DNA of 37,013 nt from Cytophagales bacterium (GTDB lineage: Bacteria > Bacteroidota > Bacteroidia > Cytophagales > JAPOQI01). The notes beneath the pieces were generated by a model. It did no database searches. It saw nothing but the letters and a program-made list of their open reading frames with translations, and had not been told where the DNA came from. The position numbers and the translations under genes were made by a program. The DNA lies in the NCBI GenBank assembly GCA_026710765.1, contig JAPOQI010000035.1:1-37013 (forward strand), read 5' to 3'. Shown piece by piece: positions 17,249 through 25,360 of this stretch (positions are counted from its first letter, which is position 1; every line of letters starts with the position of its first letter).

Positions 17249-18262
17249 ATGTGCCCAGATGTGGAGGCTCTGTTTCTCTCTTTCAGAACCCGTGCCTTAT
17301 CTGGTTCTGAGGACAGAGATAAATTAGTACTTGAAATTTTCCGCTATCAGGCTCGGCATAATCCGATTTATGCAGCCTATATTAAACATTTAAATCGTTC
17401 TCCTGAAGAAATTTATAATCTTCAAGATATTCCATTCTTACCCATAGAGATGTTTCGTCATTTTCTGATTCAAACCCATTCATATTCTCCCGAAATCGTC
17501 TTCCAAAGCAGTGGAACTACCCAAATCCAACGAAGCCAACACGCCATAGACAAGCTTTCATTTTATGAATCCCTTTGCCAACGATCCTTTGAAGACCACT
17601 ATGGTCCCCTTTCAAAATATACCCTATATACCCTTCTTCCTACATATCGGGAAAATCCCAAATCATCTTTACTATACATGATAAAGCATTTTCTTTCTCA
17701 AGCTCATACGGGTAAAAATATGTGGGATAATTATCAGGGTGCTTTTACACTTTTGAAAGAATCAGTCCCCCAAACCATGGTCTGGGGACTTCCTCAGAGT
17801 TTGTTTAATTTTTCTGAAGAATGGTTAAAACAGGCAAATCCAAAATCTATCCCCCGCTCCGATACGGTCTTTATAGAAACAGGTGGGATGAAACAAGGAA
17901 ACCCGACGCTATCCAAAGAGGAAATATACCATCGTCTCCATACTACCTGGCAAATAAAGGGGGTACAATCAGAATACGGTATGACGGAGTGTCTTTCCCA
18001 AGCCTATGGGATCGAGGGAATTTTTTCCCCCCCACCCTGGATGTACGTACAAATTCGGGATCTATCGGACCCCTTCTCATATCTTCCACCTGGTGAACAA
18101 GGGGGTATAAATATAATAGACATGATGAATATACATAGCTGTTGTTTTCTGGAGACCCAAGATAGAGGTCGTCTGACCCCCCCCTTTGAAAAGGGAGACT
18201 TTGAAGTCTTAGGGCGAGTACAAGATGCCCCTGCACGAGGTTGTCACATGCTCATGAATTGA
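17249..18262 (+). CDS. LuxE/PaaK-family acyl-protein synthetase-like 'acyl transferase'
   Basis: Motifs typical of the Bacteroidota LuxE-like family: IPFLPIEMFR, FQSSGTT, ETGGMKQG, SEYGMTECLSQAYG, PPPWMYVQIRD, INIIDMMN, VLGRV...ARGC. Begins 9 nt after the E1 gene. Confidence 0.72.
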   Translation: MCPDVEALFLSFRTRALSGSEDRDKLVLEIFRYQARHNPIYAAYIKHLNRSPEEIYNLQDIPFLPIEMFRHFLIQTHSYSPEIVFQSSGTTQIQRSQHAIDKLSFYESLCQRSFEDHYGPLSKYTLYTLLPTYRENPKSSLLYMIKHFLSQAHTGKNMWDNYQGAFTLLKESVPQTMVWGLPQSLFNFSEEWLKQANPKSIPRSDTVFIETGGMKQGNPTLSKEEIYHRLHTTWQIKGVQSEYGMTECLSQAYGIEGIFSPPPWMYVQIRDLSDPFSYLPPGEQGGINIIDMMNIHSCCFLETQDRGRLTPPFEKGDFEVLGRVQDAPARGCHMLMN

Positions 18263-18340
18263 TTATTCTATTTGTAAAAAAATATATCCATCCCCATAGC
18301 CTACTAAGTCTGTCAAAGTTTATTCAAGTCTAGGGTTATC

Positions 18341-19009
18341 GTGTTTTTGTCCACACAAGGAATTGCATTAGGTCATTTTGCCTACGGAGACAACGCAAGC
18401 ATCGTACGTATTTTAACTTGTTCCATTGGCATAGAATCCTATTGGATTAGGGGTCTTAGTAGGTCTAATAAAAAAAACTGGTCTATTTTTTTTCGTCCGC
18501 TTAGCTTGTTGGATTTGGAAATCAATTATCGGGAATATGCTAATTTTCAAAGAATACGAGAGGTTAAGTTTAGTCAGCTACCCCATAGACTCTTTGAACC
18601 CCAAAATCTGGCCTATGTCTGGTTCCTGACCGATTTTCTAGAACATCTACTAGGAAAAGGAGGAAAAGGAAAGGATGAACATCTTTTTGAATTCATATTT
18701 GAATTTCTGAGCCTTATCAATCGGGCAAGTACGGGTCTGGGATTTCTTTGTCTTCGTTTTCTACTCCTTTTGACCGAAAAGATGGGAATTGGTTGGATCC
18801 ATGGTGAAGCTTCAGAATGGAAAGATCTTCCATTTTTTTCACCCCAACTCTTGAATTTTCTACGTGCTTGTCAAGAAAATTCGTCTAATAATTCCTCCGA
18901 TACGCATCTTCTCAAAGAGGGAATCCGTTTTATGATAGCCTATTATCAAAAATTTTTATACCCTTTTAAGTTAAAATCTTTGGATATTCTTTCCGAATTA
19001 GGTAAATAG
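18341..19009 (+). CDS. recO: DNA repair protein RecO
   Basis: GTG start. The N-terminal OB-fold pattern (TQGIALGHFAYGDNASIVRILTCSIGIESYWIRG...FRPLSLLDLEI), FLTDFLEHLL and the ~220 aa length match RecO. Confidence 0.72.
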   Translation: MFLSTQGIALGHFAYGDNASIVRILTCSIGIESYWIRGLSRSNKKNWSIFFRPLSLLDLEINYREYANFQRIREVKFSQLPHRLFEPQNLAYVWFLTDFLEHLLGKGGKGKDEHLFEFIFEFLSLINRASTGLGFLCLRFLLLLTEKMGIGWIHGEASEWKDLPFFSPQLLNFLRACQENSSNNSSDTHLLKEGIRFMIAYYQKFLYPFKLKSLDILSELGK

Positions 19010-19056
19010 CAATTGGTGTTCCCAAGTTTGTTGTACCCTATTATCAAAATACCCAA

Positions 19057-19614
19057 ATGATGAATTTATCCAGATTGTATTTTTCGCTGTGTTTAATAAT
19101 CTGTGTCTTTCTACTTTCTTGTGGGGGAAAGAAAGAACAGGAAAAAGCTGAATCTTCTACAGAACAGGTCAATGAAGAGGCTGCATACGGACGATTTAAA
19201 GACGAATTAGATATCAATCCTGATGTTGTTCCCCGTGTTTTCTTCAGAAATCTTCAAGATGGTGATATTGTAGAAAGTCCCTTGTATGTAGAAATGGCTG
19301 TTCAGGGTTGGGTGGTTCGTCCTGCGGGGAAGGTGAAGAAGTACACAGGTCATCATCACATCCTCATCAATAGACCCTTTATTCCAAAAGGAGAAATTGT
19401 TCCCAAGGATGAAAACAATCTCCATTTTGGAAAGGGAGAAATAAATACCGTTCTTAATCTCGCCCCCGGTAAATATACACTTTGCCTTCAGTTCGCCGAT
19501 GGGGCCCATGTTTCTTATGGTAAAGAACTCTCCTCCACAATAAATATCATTGTAGAGGAACCCACCAGGATAGAAGAATCCACCGGAAATGAGAACACAG
19601 ATGTGTCTCTCTGA
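19057..19614 (+). CDS. DUF4399-like lipoprotein
   Basis: Lipobox signal peptide (LIICVFLLSCGG). Core GHHHILIN...LHFGKGE...L.PGKYTLCLQFADGAH resembles the DUF4399 family signature. Confidence 0.65.
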   Translation: MMNLSRLYFSLCLIICVFLLSCGGKKEQEKAESSTEQVNEEAAYGRFKDELDINPDVVPRVFFRNLQDGDIVESPLYVEMAVQGWVVRPAGKVKKYTGHHHILINRPFIPKGEIVPKDENNLHFGKGEINTVLNLAPGKYTLCLQFADGAHVSYGKELSSTINIIVEEPTRIEESTGNENTDVSL

Positions 19615-19662
19615 TAAATTCTTCCTTCTGCCTATCCAATTCATAGACCCACAAGATACACC

Positions 19663-20268
19663 ATGTTCAGGGGTGTGTTCCTAATCGCTGCCCTGCACCT
19701 CAGTACCGTCTGGGGACAATTTGGAGATGCCGCAGAACCTGTTGAGGTACATCGTTTTTACCCTTTGTCAGGAACCGTAGGACAAGAAATAACGGTAGAG
19801 GGTCGGGGCTTCTCCCCCCACGGAACCTTTATATCTTTTGGAAAATCAGTATCCATTATGGTCAATGACCTTCAAGCAGGTGGAAATGTTTTAAGAGTAA
19901 GGGTTCCTTCCCATGCCCGTTCGGGAAGATTAGAGGTCCGGGTGGGTCTTAAATTGGTTCATTCTGCGCAACGATTCCGATTACATAGATTTTCTCTTTC
20001 CCATTTCTTTCCAGATAGTCTAAAATCCGGGGAGCTTTTACAAATTCGTGGATCAGGATTTTCACTGCTTCCCCGAGGAAATAGAATTCTTTTTGAAAAT
20101 TATTTAGGTAATAGTTATCCCGAGGAGGTAGATAATTTGGGTTCCCTTATCAAAGTTAGAATACCCGAAGGGGCCCGAACAGGATATTTTTCTATATCCT
20201 CAAGAGGCCTAACGCTCACCTCACAACGTAAAGTTGTGATCATTCAACCCCCGTCCAAACGTGACTGA
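19663..20268 (+). CDS. secreted protein with two IPT/TIG-like Ig-fold domains
   Basis: Signal peptide MFRGVFLIAALHLSTVWGQ. Two units of the form (Y/F)P.S...G..(I/L).(V/I).G.GF...... then VR(V/I)P..AR(S/T)G. Confidence 0.6.
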   Translation: MFRGVFLIAALHLSTVWGQFGDAAEPVEVHRFYPLSGTVGQEITVEGRGFSPHGTFISFGKSVSIMVNDLQAGGNVLRVRVPSHARSGRLEVRVGLKLVHSAQRFRLHRFSLSHFFPDSLKSGELLQIRGSGFSLLPRGNRILFENYLGNSYPEEVDNLGSLIKVRIPEGARTGYFSISSRGLTLTSQRKVVIIQPPSKRD

Positions 20269-20300
20269 AAAAAAATATCCCCAAAATAATCCGACTCCCC

Positions 20301-22379
20301 TTAGCGGAGAATGGTAATTTTTCCGACATAAGTTTCTCTACCCAACATATCTGAGGATAACAGAATATAGACCCCGGAAGGAAGATCTTGAGATCTAAAA
20401 CTGGCAGTTCCACCATTAGATTCTACCTCCTTCACAAGTTGGCCCCCAGGTCTAATGAGTTTGACAATACTCGAAGCTGACAAACCACTCATAGACACAC
20501 GTCCCATATATTGAAAGGGTACAGGATTCGGAAAAATACGAAGCTGATGAGGAGATTCTTGGGGTCTAGAAGAAAAAGTTCTATACGATACGATACCCTG
20601 GGATAGACTGATAAAAAGTTCGCCCGTATCTGCTTGCCATTCCATGTCGTAAATATTAGGGGGTAATTTAATTCCTTTGGGATAGGTTAAGACCTCAAGT
20701 TTCTCCTGCTGCGTATTCAAATAGGCTATTCCTTGGGTGTTGGCAATCCACTTATTATTGCCCCCATCTATTTCTATGGCATATACAGGTTGTGCTTGAA
20801 AGAGAAAAGCATTTCCTAGGGAGGGTTTATAGGCCCGTGCCATGCCATCTGATAGCAGTGTAAAAGTATTCTGTATGACAAAAAGACCCCCATGGCTCGC
20901 AATCCACATAGCTTGTTCGGAATCCAAATCCATATCATAAATAGGGCTCTGCAAGAAGTCTTCTACCCGTTCTATCACGAGAAAATTTCTGTTTTGCAGA
21001 TGAAATATGAGCAGTACATCTTTTTCATCCTCTGCACGTCTTAGGATGGTCCAAATATCTCCCCAAGCTGTGGTTTTCATTTGCTTAATCCTCCCACGTA
21101 CTGAGGAAAGCAAAAATGAAGGCATAGGATCCAAAGGTTTTTCAACATCTTCTTCATTGGCCAAAAGATAGTTCCCTTCTCCATTCGGGACCCAAGGTTT
21201 CAAGGTCTGGGGGATCTCATCCGTAATGGGGAGGGTATGCCACGTATTTTCCTCAAAAAAAGAAAGACTCTTGGATGGCGGATCAGTTATGGGTATAGCC
21301 CAAAGTTTCTCCTGAACATAATTAAGTCTGTAATGAGAAGCCGGAACAGGATGATTGAAAACCACGTACTCAACCCTATTATCCTCCGCTACATACCCTA
21401 TTCCTTTGAGCGAATCTGCTATCCACAATTTTCCTTCAAAGGGTAGTATATCTACCACATGTCCAAGGTTTGCTGAGCTATTCCAGGTAAATTCTTTTTT
21501 CTCTTCTCCTAATTTCTGGAGAAAATAGTTTTCCTGATTTCCAAAGTACCAGGTAGACCCTTCTCTTCTATGAAAATCCAACCTGAAGGGGAACTCTTCT
21601 TTCTCTTGCCATTCTCCATCCTGATAGAAAAAGATTTTTGTGTTCCCGGCAAGCGATTCTAAAAACACATGTACCCTACCCCCCTGGACCGCAAGATAAC
21701 AGATATCTAGGTTCTCAAAAGAATATCGTTTCCAAAAACGATAATCTTCTAAAGGTTCATCTTCCGCCCCCACAAGAACCTCTTCATCTGTTAGCAAAAA
21801 CAGCTTAGCATCCCGTATCAAAACCTGATGAATGAGGGTCTGAGTACCTTTGTGACCTAATTCAAAATAATTTTGTTCGGGTTCAAGCTTCTCCCTCTGT
21901 ATCCGAAAGAGTCCATAATCTCCTGCCACATAGATATATTCTTTCGTGAAAAAAAAATCCCGAATAGCTTTAGGGATAGCCAAAGGGGATGTTCTTAGGT
22001 AGTTCAACGTGGTCCACTTATCTTTCCTAAGAAAATCTATACCCCCATCCTGATAGCCTACAGCCAAGACTTGTTCTTCTCCTTGATCTGATCCCAATGC
22101 AGTTATGTGTATGCCACTTAGGTCACGGGTTTGGGCATGGCGCTGCCACAGTCTTTTTTCCAGGTCATAGGAAACTAAGCTGTGTCGTGCGTGGCTGAAG
22201 ATGACCCGACCATACTGTGCTAGTTGAAAAGACTGTTGATAATGAAAGTGGGACCGCCAACTTCCTAAGGGGATCTCAGTTCCCGAGAATCGCTGACCGT
22301 GCAGGGAAAAAACAATCCCTAGGGTTCCCAGTCCAAACCCATACCTAAAAGATAGCCTCCAGAGCCATCTATAATTCAT
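20301..22379 (-). CDS. PorZ-like beta-propeller protein with T9SS C-terminal sorting domain
   Basis: The N-terminus (GSWRSHFHYQQSF...SLVSYDLEKR...DLSGIHITAL...AVGYQDGGIDFL) resembles the PorZ N-terminal propeller pattern as I remember it. Repeated propeller-blade-like segments follow. The C-terminus LRIFPNPVPFQ...LPSGVYILL...GKITILR is a T9SS CTD. Confidence 0.55.
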   Translation of the reverse strand: MNYRWLWRLSFRYGFGLGTLGIVFSLHGQRFSGTEIPLGSWRSHFHYQQSFQLAQYGRVIFSHARHSLVSYDLEKRLWQRHAQTRDLSGIHITALGSDQGEEQVLAVGYQDGGIDFLRKDKWTTLNYLRTSPLAIPKAIRDFFFTKEYIYVAGDYGLFRIQREKLEPEQNYFELGHKGTQTLIHQVLIRDAKLFLLTDEEVLVGAEDEPLEDYRFWKRYSFENLDICYLAVQGGRVHVFLESLAGNTKIFFYQDGEWQEKEEFPFRLDFHRREGSTWYFGNQENYFLQKLGEEKKEFTWNSSANLGHVVDILPFEGKLWIADSLKGIGYVAEDNRVEYVVFNHPVPASHYRLNYVQEKLWAIPITDPPSKSLSFFEENTWHTLPITDEIPQTLKPWVPNGEGNYLLANEEDVEKPLDPMPSFLLSSVRGRIKQMKTTAWGDIWTILRRAEDEKDVLLIFHLQNRNFLVIERVEDFLQSPIYDMDLDSEQAMWIASHGGLFVIQNTFTLLSDGMARAYKPSLGNAFLFQAQPVYAIEIDGGNNKWIANTQGIAYLNTQQEKLEVLTYPKGIKLPPNIYDMEWQADTGELFISLSQGIVSYRTFSSRPQESPHQLRIFPNPVPFQYMGRVSMSGLSASSIVKLIRPGGQLVKEVESNGGTASFRSQDLPSGVYILLSSDMLGRETYVGKITILR

Positions 22380-23208
22380 AATGCAGATAGGCAGAAAAAG
22401 ATGGAGTAGCCAGAATATTACGTGATACGGCTGCCAAATCCACCCCCACTCCGAGAGCCAATTTTTCTCCCACCCGATAACCTATCTCAGGACCAAAAGC
22501 AAGGTATTCGCTATTATTCAGGTAAATTGAGTACCTCTGAACAGGATTGACCCTAGAACCATTTCGCAGCGAAAAATTAGCCGAAGCAAAAATCTTGATC
22601 ATCCACCTATTTAGTGAATAACCTGCCTGTACATATCCACCTATCTCCTCTGAATAAGATTGTGTTCTATGATTATAATAGGTTCCAAGGCTCACATAAG
22701 CTGGAATAGGGTACAAAGAAAGGCCTCCATCTACCTGAATTTGCTGATTAAACTCCTGATCACCTGTTTGCACGTAGGAAAGATTGGCATCAGGATTGGT
22801 ACCTGTTGGTATTCCCAGATATAGGGAGGTACTCAGCACGTATTTCTTATCCTGAAAAAATCCATATTTCAACCCCAGCTGGATATCACCCAATCCAAAG
22901 ATCTGCGTACGCAGATTTTCGGGGTTCTGATTCACAGGTTGATATTGATTCCATACGAGGGGAATATTTCCAATGAGATTGAATCTATCGCTCAACCCAT
23001 ATTCTCCATAGAAGGAATGAATATAAAAACTGGTATTCCCAAGACCCGACACCACTAAGCCATCATCTCCAAAAAAACTATTCCCACTCAAAAATCGACT
23101 CTCGGTCTTAAAAAATCCCCTTCCCTTTTTTAGGGTCCAACCTCCCCCCGCGTGTAAAAGAGAAAAACACAAACATAAACCCAAAACAGAAAAAATAAAT
23201 CTTCGCAT
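22369..23208 (-). CDS. outer-membrane beta-barrel protein (MetA-pathway/'transporter'-like family)
   Basis: Signal peptide MRRFIFSVLGLCLCFSLLHA. Amphipathic strands throughout and a GLGDIQLGLKYGF motif typical of that barrel family. The 3' end overlaps the PorZ-like gene by 11 nt. Confidence 0.55.
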   Translation of the reverse strand: MRRFIFSVLGLCLCFSLLHAGGGWTLKKGRGFFKTESRFLSGNSFFGDDGLVVSGLGNTSFYIHSFYGEYGLSDRFNLIGNIPLVWNQYQPVNQNPENLRTQIFGLGDIQLGLKYGFFQDKKYVLSTSLYLGIPTGTNPDANLSYVQTGDQEFNQQIQVDGGLSLYPIPAYVSLGTYYNHRTQSYSEEIGGYVQAGYSLNRWMIKIFASANFSLRNGSRVNPVQRYSIYLNNSEYLAFGPEIGYRVGEKLALGVGVDLAAVSRNILATPSFSAYLHYEL

Positions 23209-23253
23209 AACTACCTAAATAAAATTAAAAAAAAACTAAAAGAACATAAAACC

Positions 23254-23327
23254 GTAGCGAGGACGGGAGTCGAACCCGTGACCTCAGGGTTATGAATCCT
23301 GCGCTCTTACCAACTGAGCTACCTCGC
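23254..23327 (-). tRNA. tRNA with CAT anticodon (elongator Met-like; Ile2/lysidine type not excluded)
   Basis: The reverse complement GGCGAGGTAGCTCAGTTGGTAAGAGCGCAGGATTCATAACCCTGAGGTCACGGGTTCGACTCCCGTCCTCGCTA folds as a 74-nt cloverleaf. The D arm is GCTC/GAGC, the T arm ACGGG/CCCGT with a TTCGACT loop, and the anticodon loop is TTCATAA. No encoded CCA. Confidence 0.85.
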
Positions 23328-23397
23328 CCCAACACCACTGATCAGACAAATTAACAAATTACCCATCAACTTAGTTATCAAAGTTGTCAAAGAATTG

Positions 23398-23405
23398 TAT
23401 ATTTG
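23398..23405 (+). promoter_or_regulatory. candidate Bacteroidota -7 promoter box (TAnnTTTG) for the antiporter gene
   Basis: TATATTTG is an exact match to the TAnnTTTG consensus. It lies 68 nt upstream of the ATG at 23473, with TTG-containing sequence about 20 nt further upstream. Confidence 0.35.
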
Positions 23406-23472
23406 GTATGTTGGGTTCTGTTCCGTACCGGACCCTTTTAGAAAAATTGTCTCCCCGGGGTATTTATCTACT

Positions 23473-24729
23473 ATGTCGATCCTAGATCTAATTACGCTCC
23501 TCATCCTGCTGGCAACCATTTTCAGCATGATAAACCTAATTTTTTTAAAACTCCCTTCTACCATAGGGTTAATGATCATAGGGCTTGTACTTTCCTTGGT
23601 TGTTATGGGGCTGGGACACATCTTTCCTGACATATCTAAGATAGCCCATGAGGTGGTGGGGGGATTTGATTTCAAGGAGGTATTGATGAATGTCATGTTG
23701 AGTTTTCTCCTTTTCGCGGGTGCCATTTCTATGGACATCAAAAAATTGCTGGAAGAAAAGTGGCCCATTCTCATCCTAGCCACCTTCGGAGTCCTTTTCA
23801 CCACCTTTATTATTGGTACAATATTCTATTATACCCTCCAATATATTCACTATGATGTAGATTATTTATATTGTCTTCTCTTTGGAGCCCTCATTTCTCC
23901 AACCGATCCCATTGCGGTACTTGCTTTGGTAAAAAAAGCAGGATTATCTAAAAACCTTGAAACCAAAATAGCCGGCGAATCACTTTTCAATGATGGTATT
24001 GGGGTTGTAGTTTTTCTGGGTATTGCTGGAGTAATAGAGTCTGGTGCGGGTGCAGAACCTTCCTTTCATTTTGGAGAACTTGGGTGGTTGTTACTAACAG
24101 AGGTAGGGGGTGGGGTTGTACTGGGATTGGTATTGGGTTTTGTAGGGAGGCGCATCCTGGCCTTCATTGATAACGAGCATGCAGAAATTGAGGTCCTGGT
24201 GACCCTCACCCTGGTCTTGGGTGGTAACAGAATTGCAGAAATCCTACACCACGTATCAGGACCCCTAGCCATTGTTACCATGGGACTCATCCTATCTAAA
24301 GAGGGTCAGCAGCAAAAAACAGAAGCCGTGACAGGAGAATATGTCTATAAATTCTGGCACCTACTAGATGAAGCATTAAATGCCATCTTATTCATCCTGA
24401 TCGGATTTGAAATCATTGTGATTAGTGAAAAGTACTCCATAGACCTCTTTGCCATCACACTGATTACCATCCCTATCGTCCTCTTAGCCCGCTTCCTGGG
24501 CGTCGCTCTACCCGTCTCTATCCTACAATTCTTCCGAAGCTTTGAAAAAAATACCATTGCCATACTAACATGGGGTGGCTTGCGGGGAGGACTCTCTGTC
24601 GCCATGGCACTCAGCCTACCTGAAGGGGTTCCCGAAGAGGTACGGAACATGATCCTCGTAACCACTTATTCCATTGTCGTGTTCTCTATCTGTATCCAGG
24701 GACTCACCATCAACAAACTTATACGATAA
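23473..24729 (+). CDS. CPA1-family Na+/H+ (cation:proton) antiporter, NhaP-type
   Basis: About 12 hydrophobic helices. Motifs GALISPTDPIAV and ESLFNDGIGVVVF are typical of NhaP/NHE exchangers. I prefer the ATG at 23473 (MSILDLITLLILLA...) over the ORF-track start at 23395. Confidence 0.85.
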   Translation: MSILDLITLLILLATIFSMINLIFLKLPSTIGLMIIGLVLSLVVMGLGHIFPDISKIAHEVVGGFDFKEVLMNVMLSFLLFAGAISMDIKKLLEEKWPILILATFGVLFTTFIIGTIFYYTLQYIHYDVDYLYCLLFGALISPTDPIAVLALVKKAGLSKNLETKIAGESLFNDGIGVVVFLGIAGVIESGAGAEPSFHFGELGWLLLTEVGGGVVLGLVLGFVGRRILAFIDNEHAEIEVLVTLTLVLGGNRIAEILHHVSGPLAIVTMGLILSKEGQQQKTEAVTGEYVYKFWHLLDEALNAILFILIGFEIIVISEKYSIDLFAITLITIPIVLLARFLGVALPVSILQFFRSFEKNTIAILTWGGLRGGLSVAMALSLPEGVPEEVRNMILVTTYSIVVFSICIQGLTINKLIR

Positions 24730-24757
24730 GTGCAGATCACAGCCTTGTGATCTGCAC
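24730..24757. terminator. bidirectional hairpin between the convergent antiporter and rplQ genes
   Basis: gtgcagatcaca-gcct-tgtgatctgcac is a perfect 12-bp stem with a 4-nt loop. It starts immediately after the TAA at 24727-24729. T/A-rich but short flanks (ttatt on the plus strand). Confidence 0.6.
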
Positions 24758-24784
24758 TTATTCAAGGTCAGGGCTGGTCTTTAT

Positions 24785-25360
24785 TCAGGAAGAACTGGAA
24801 TCTGAAGGGGTTTTCTTTTCAGAATCTGTACCGCTTCCATCACGAGGGACATCCTCTTTTTTCGCAGAAGGGGTTATTGATGGGGTTTTAATTTCGCTAA
24901 CAGCGGCTTCTTGTTGTTCTCTTTTTTTCCTACCTGTCCCTCTTCTACTTCTTCGTGAATCTTTAGACCCCTTTCCTGTTCTACTTCTTTTCTGATAGGT
25001 ATCATTATAGTCTACTAGTTCAATGAGGCAGACTTGGGCTTTATCTCCTTGTCTTTCTCCAAGGCGTAGGATACGGGTATATCCTCCGGGTCTTTCGGTT
25101 ATTTTCTTAGATATATTATCAAAGAGTTCGGCAACCGAGTACTTATTAGAGAGGTGGGAAAAAACGATGCGTCTTCCATGTGTTGTATCCTCCTTGGCAC
25201 GTGTCAATAGCGGTTCCACATATTTACGCAAGGCTTTTGCTTTGGCAAGGGTAGTTTTGATTCGCTTGCTCAAGATGAGTGAAGAGGCCATGTTAGACAG
25301 CATAGCTCGTCTATGACTGGCAGTTCTTCCCAATGAGTTCGTCTTTCTACCGTGTCTCAT
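24785..25360 (-). CDS. rplQ: 50S ribosomal protein L17 with a long basic/Ser-rich C-terminal tail
   Basis: [25 protein letters not shown] is the universal L17 N-terminus. ATGA overlap with the rpoA stop. Confidence 0.95.
   Translation of the reverse strand: MRHGRKTNSLGRTASHRRAMLSNMASSLILSKRIKTTLAKAKALRKYVEPLLTRAKEDTTHGRRIVFSHLSNKYSVAELFDNISKKITERPGGYTRILRLGERQGDKAQVCLIELVDYNDTYQKRSRTGKGSKDSRRSRRGTGRKKREQQEAAVSEIKTPSITPSAKKEDVPRDGSGTDSEKKTPSDSSSS

Noticed and set aside
23319-23804. 161-aa minus-strand ORF
   Set aside because: Its 3' end overlaps the tRNA gene, and the rest is antisense to the multi-TM antiporter CDS. The sequence shows no family features.
24747-24995. 82-aa plus-strand ORF after the antiporter
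   Set aside because: It is antisense to the low-complexity tail of rplQ and starts inside the terminator hairpin. The product is Leu/Ser/Phe-rich with no motif.
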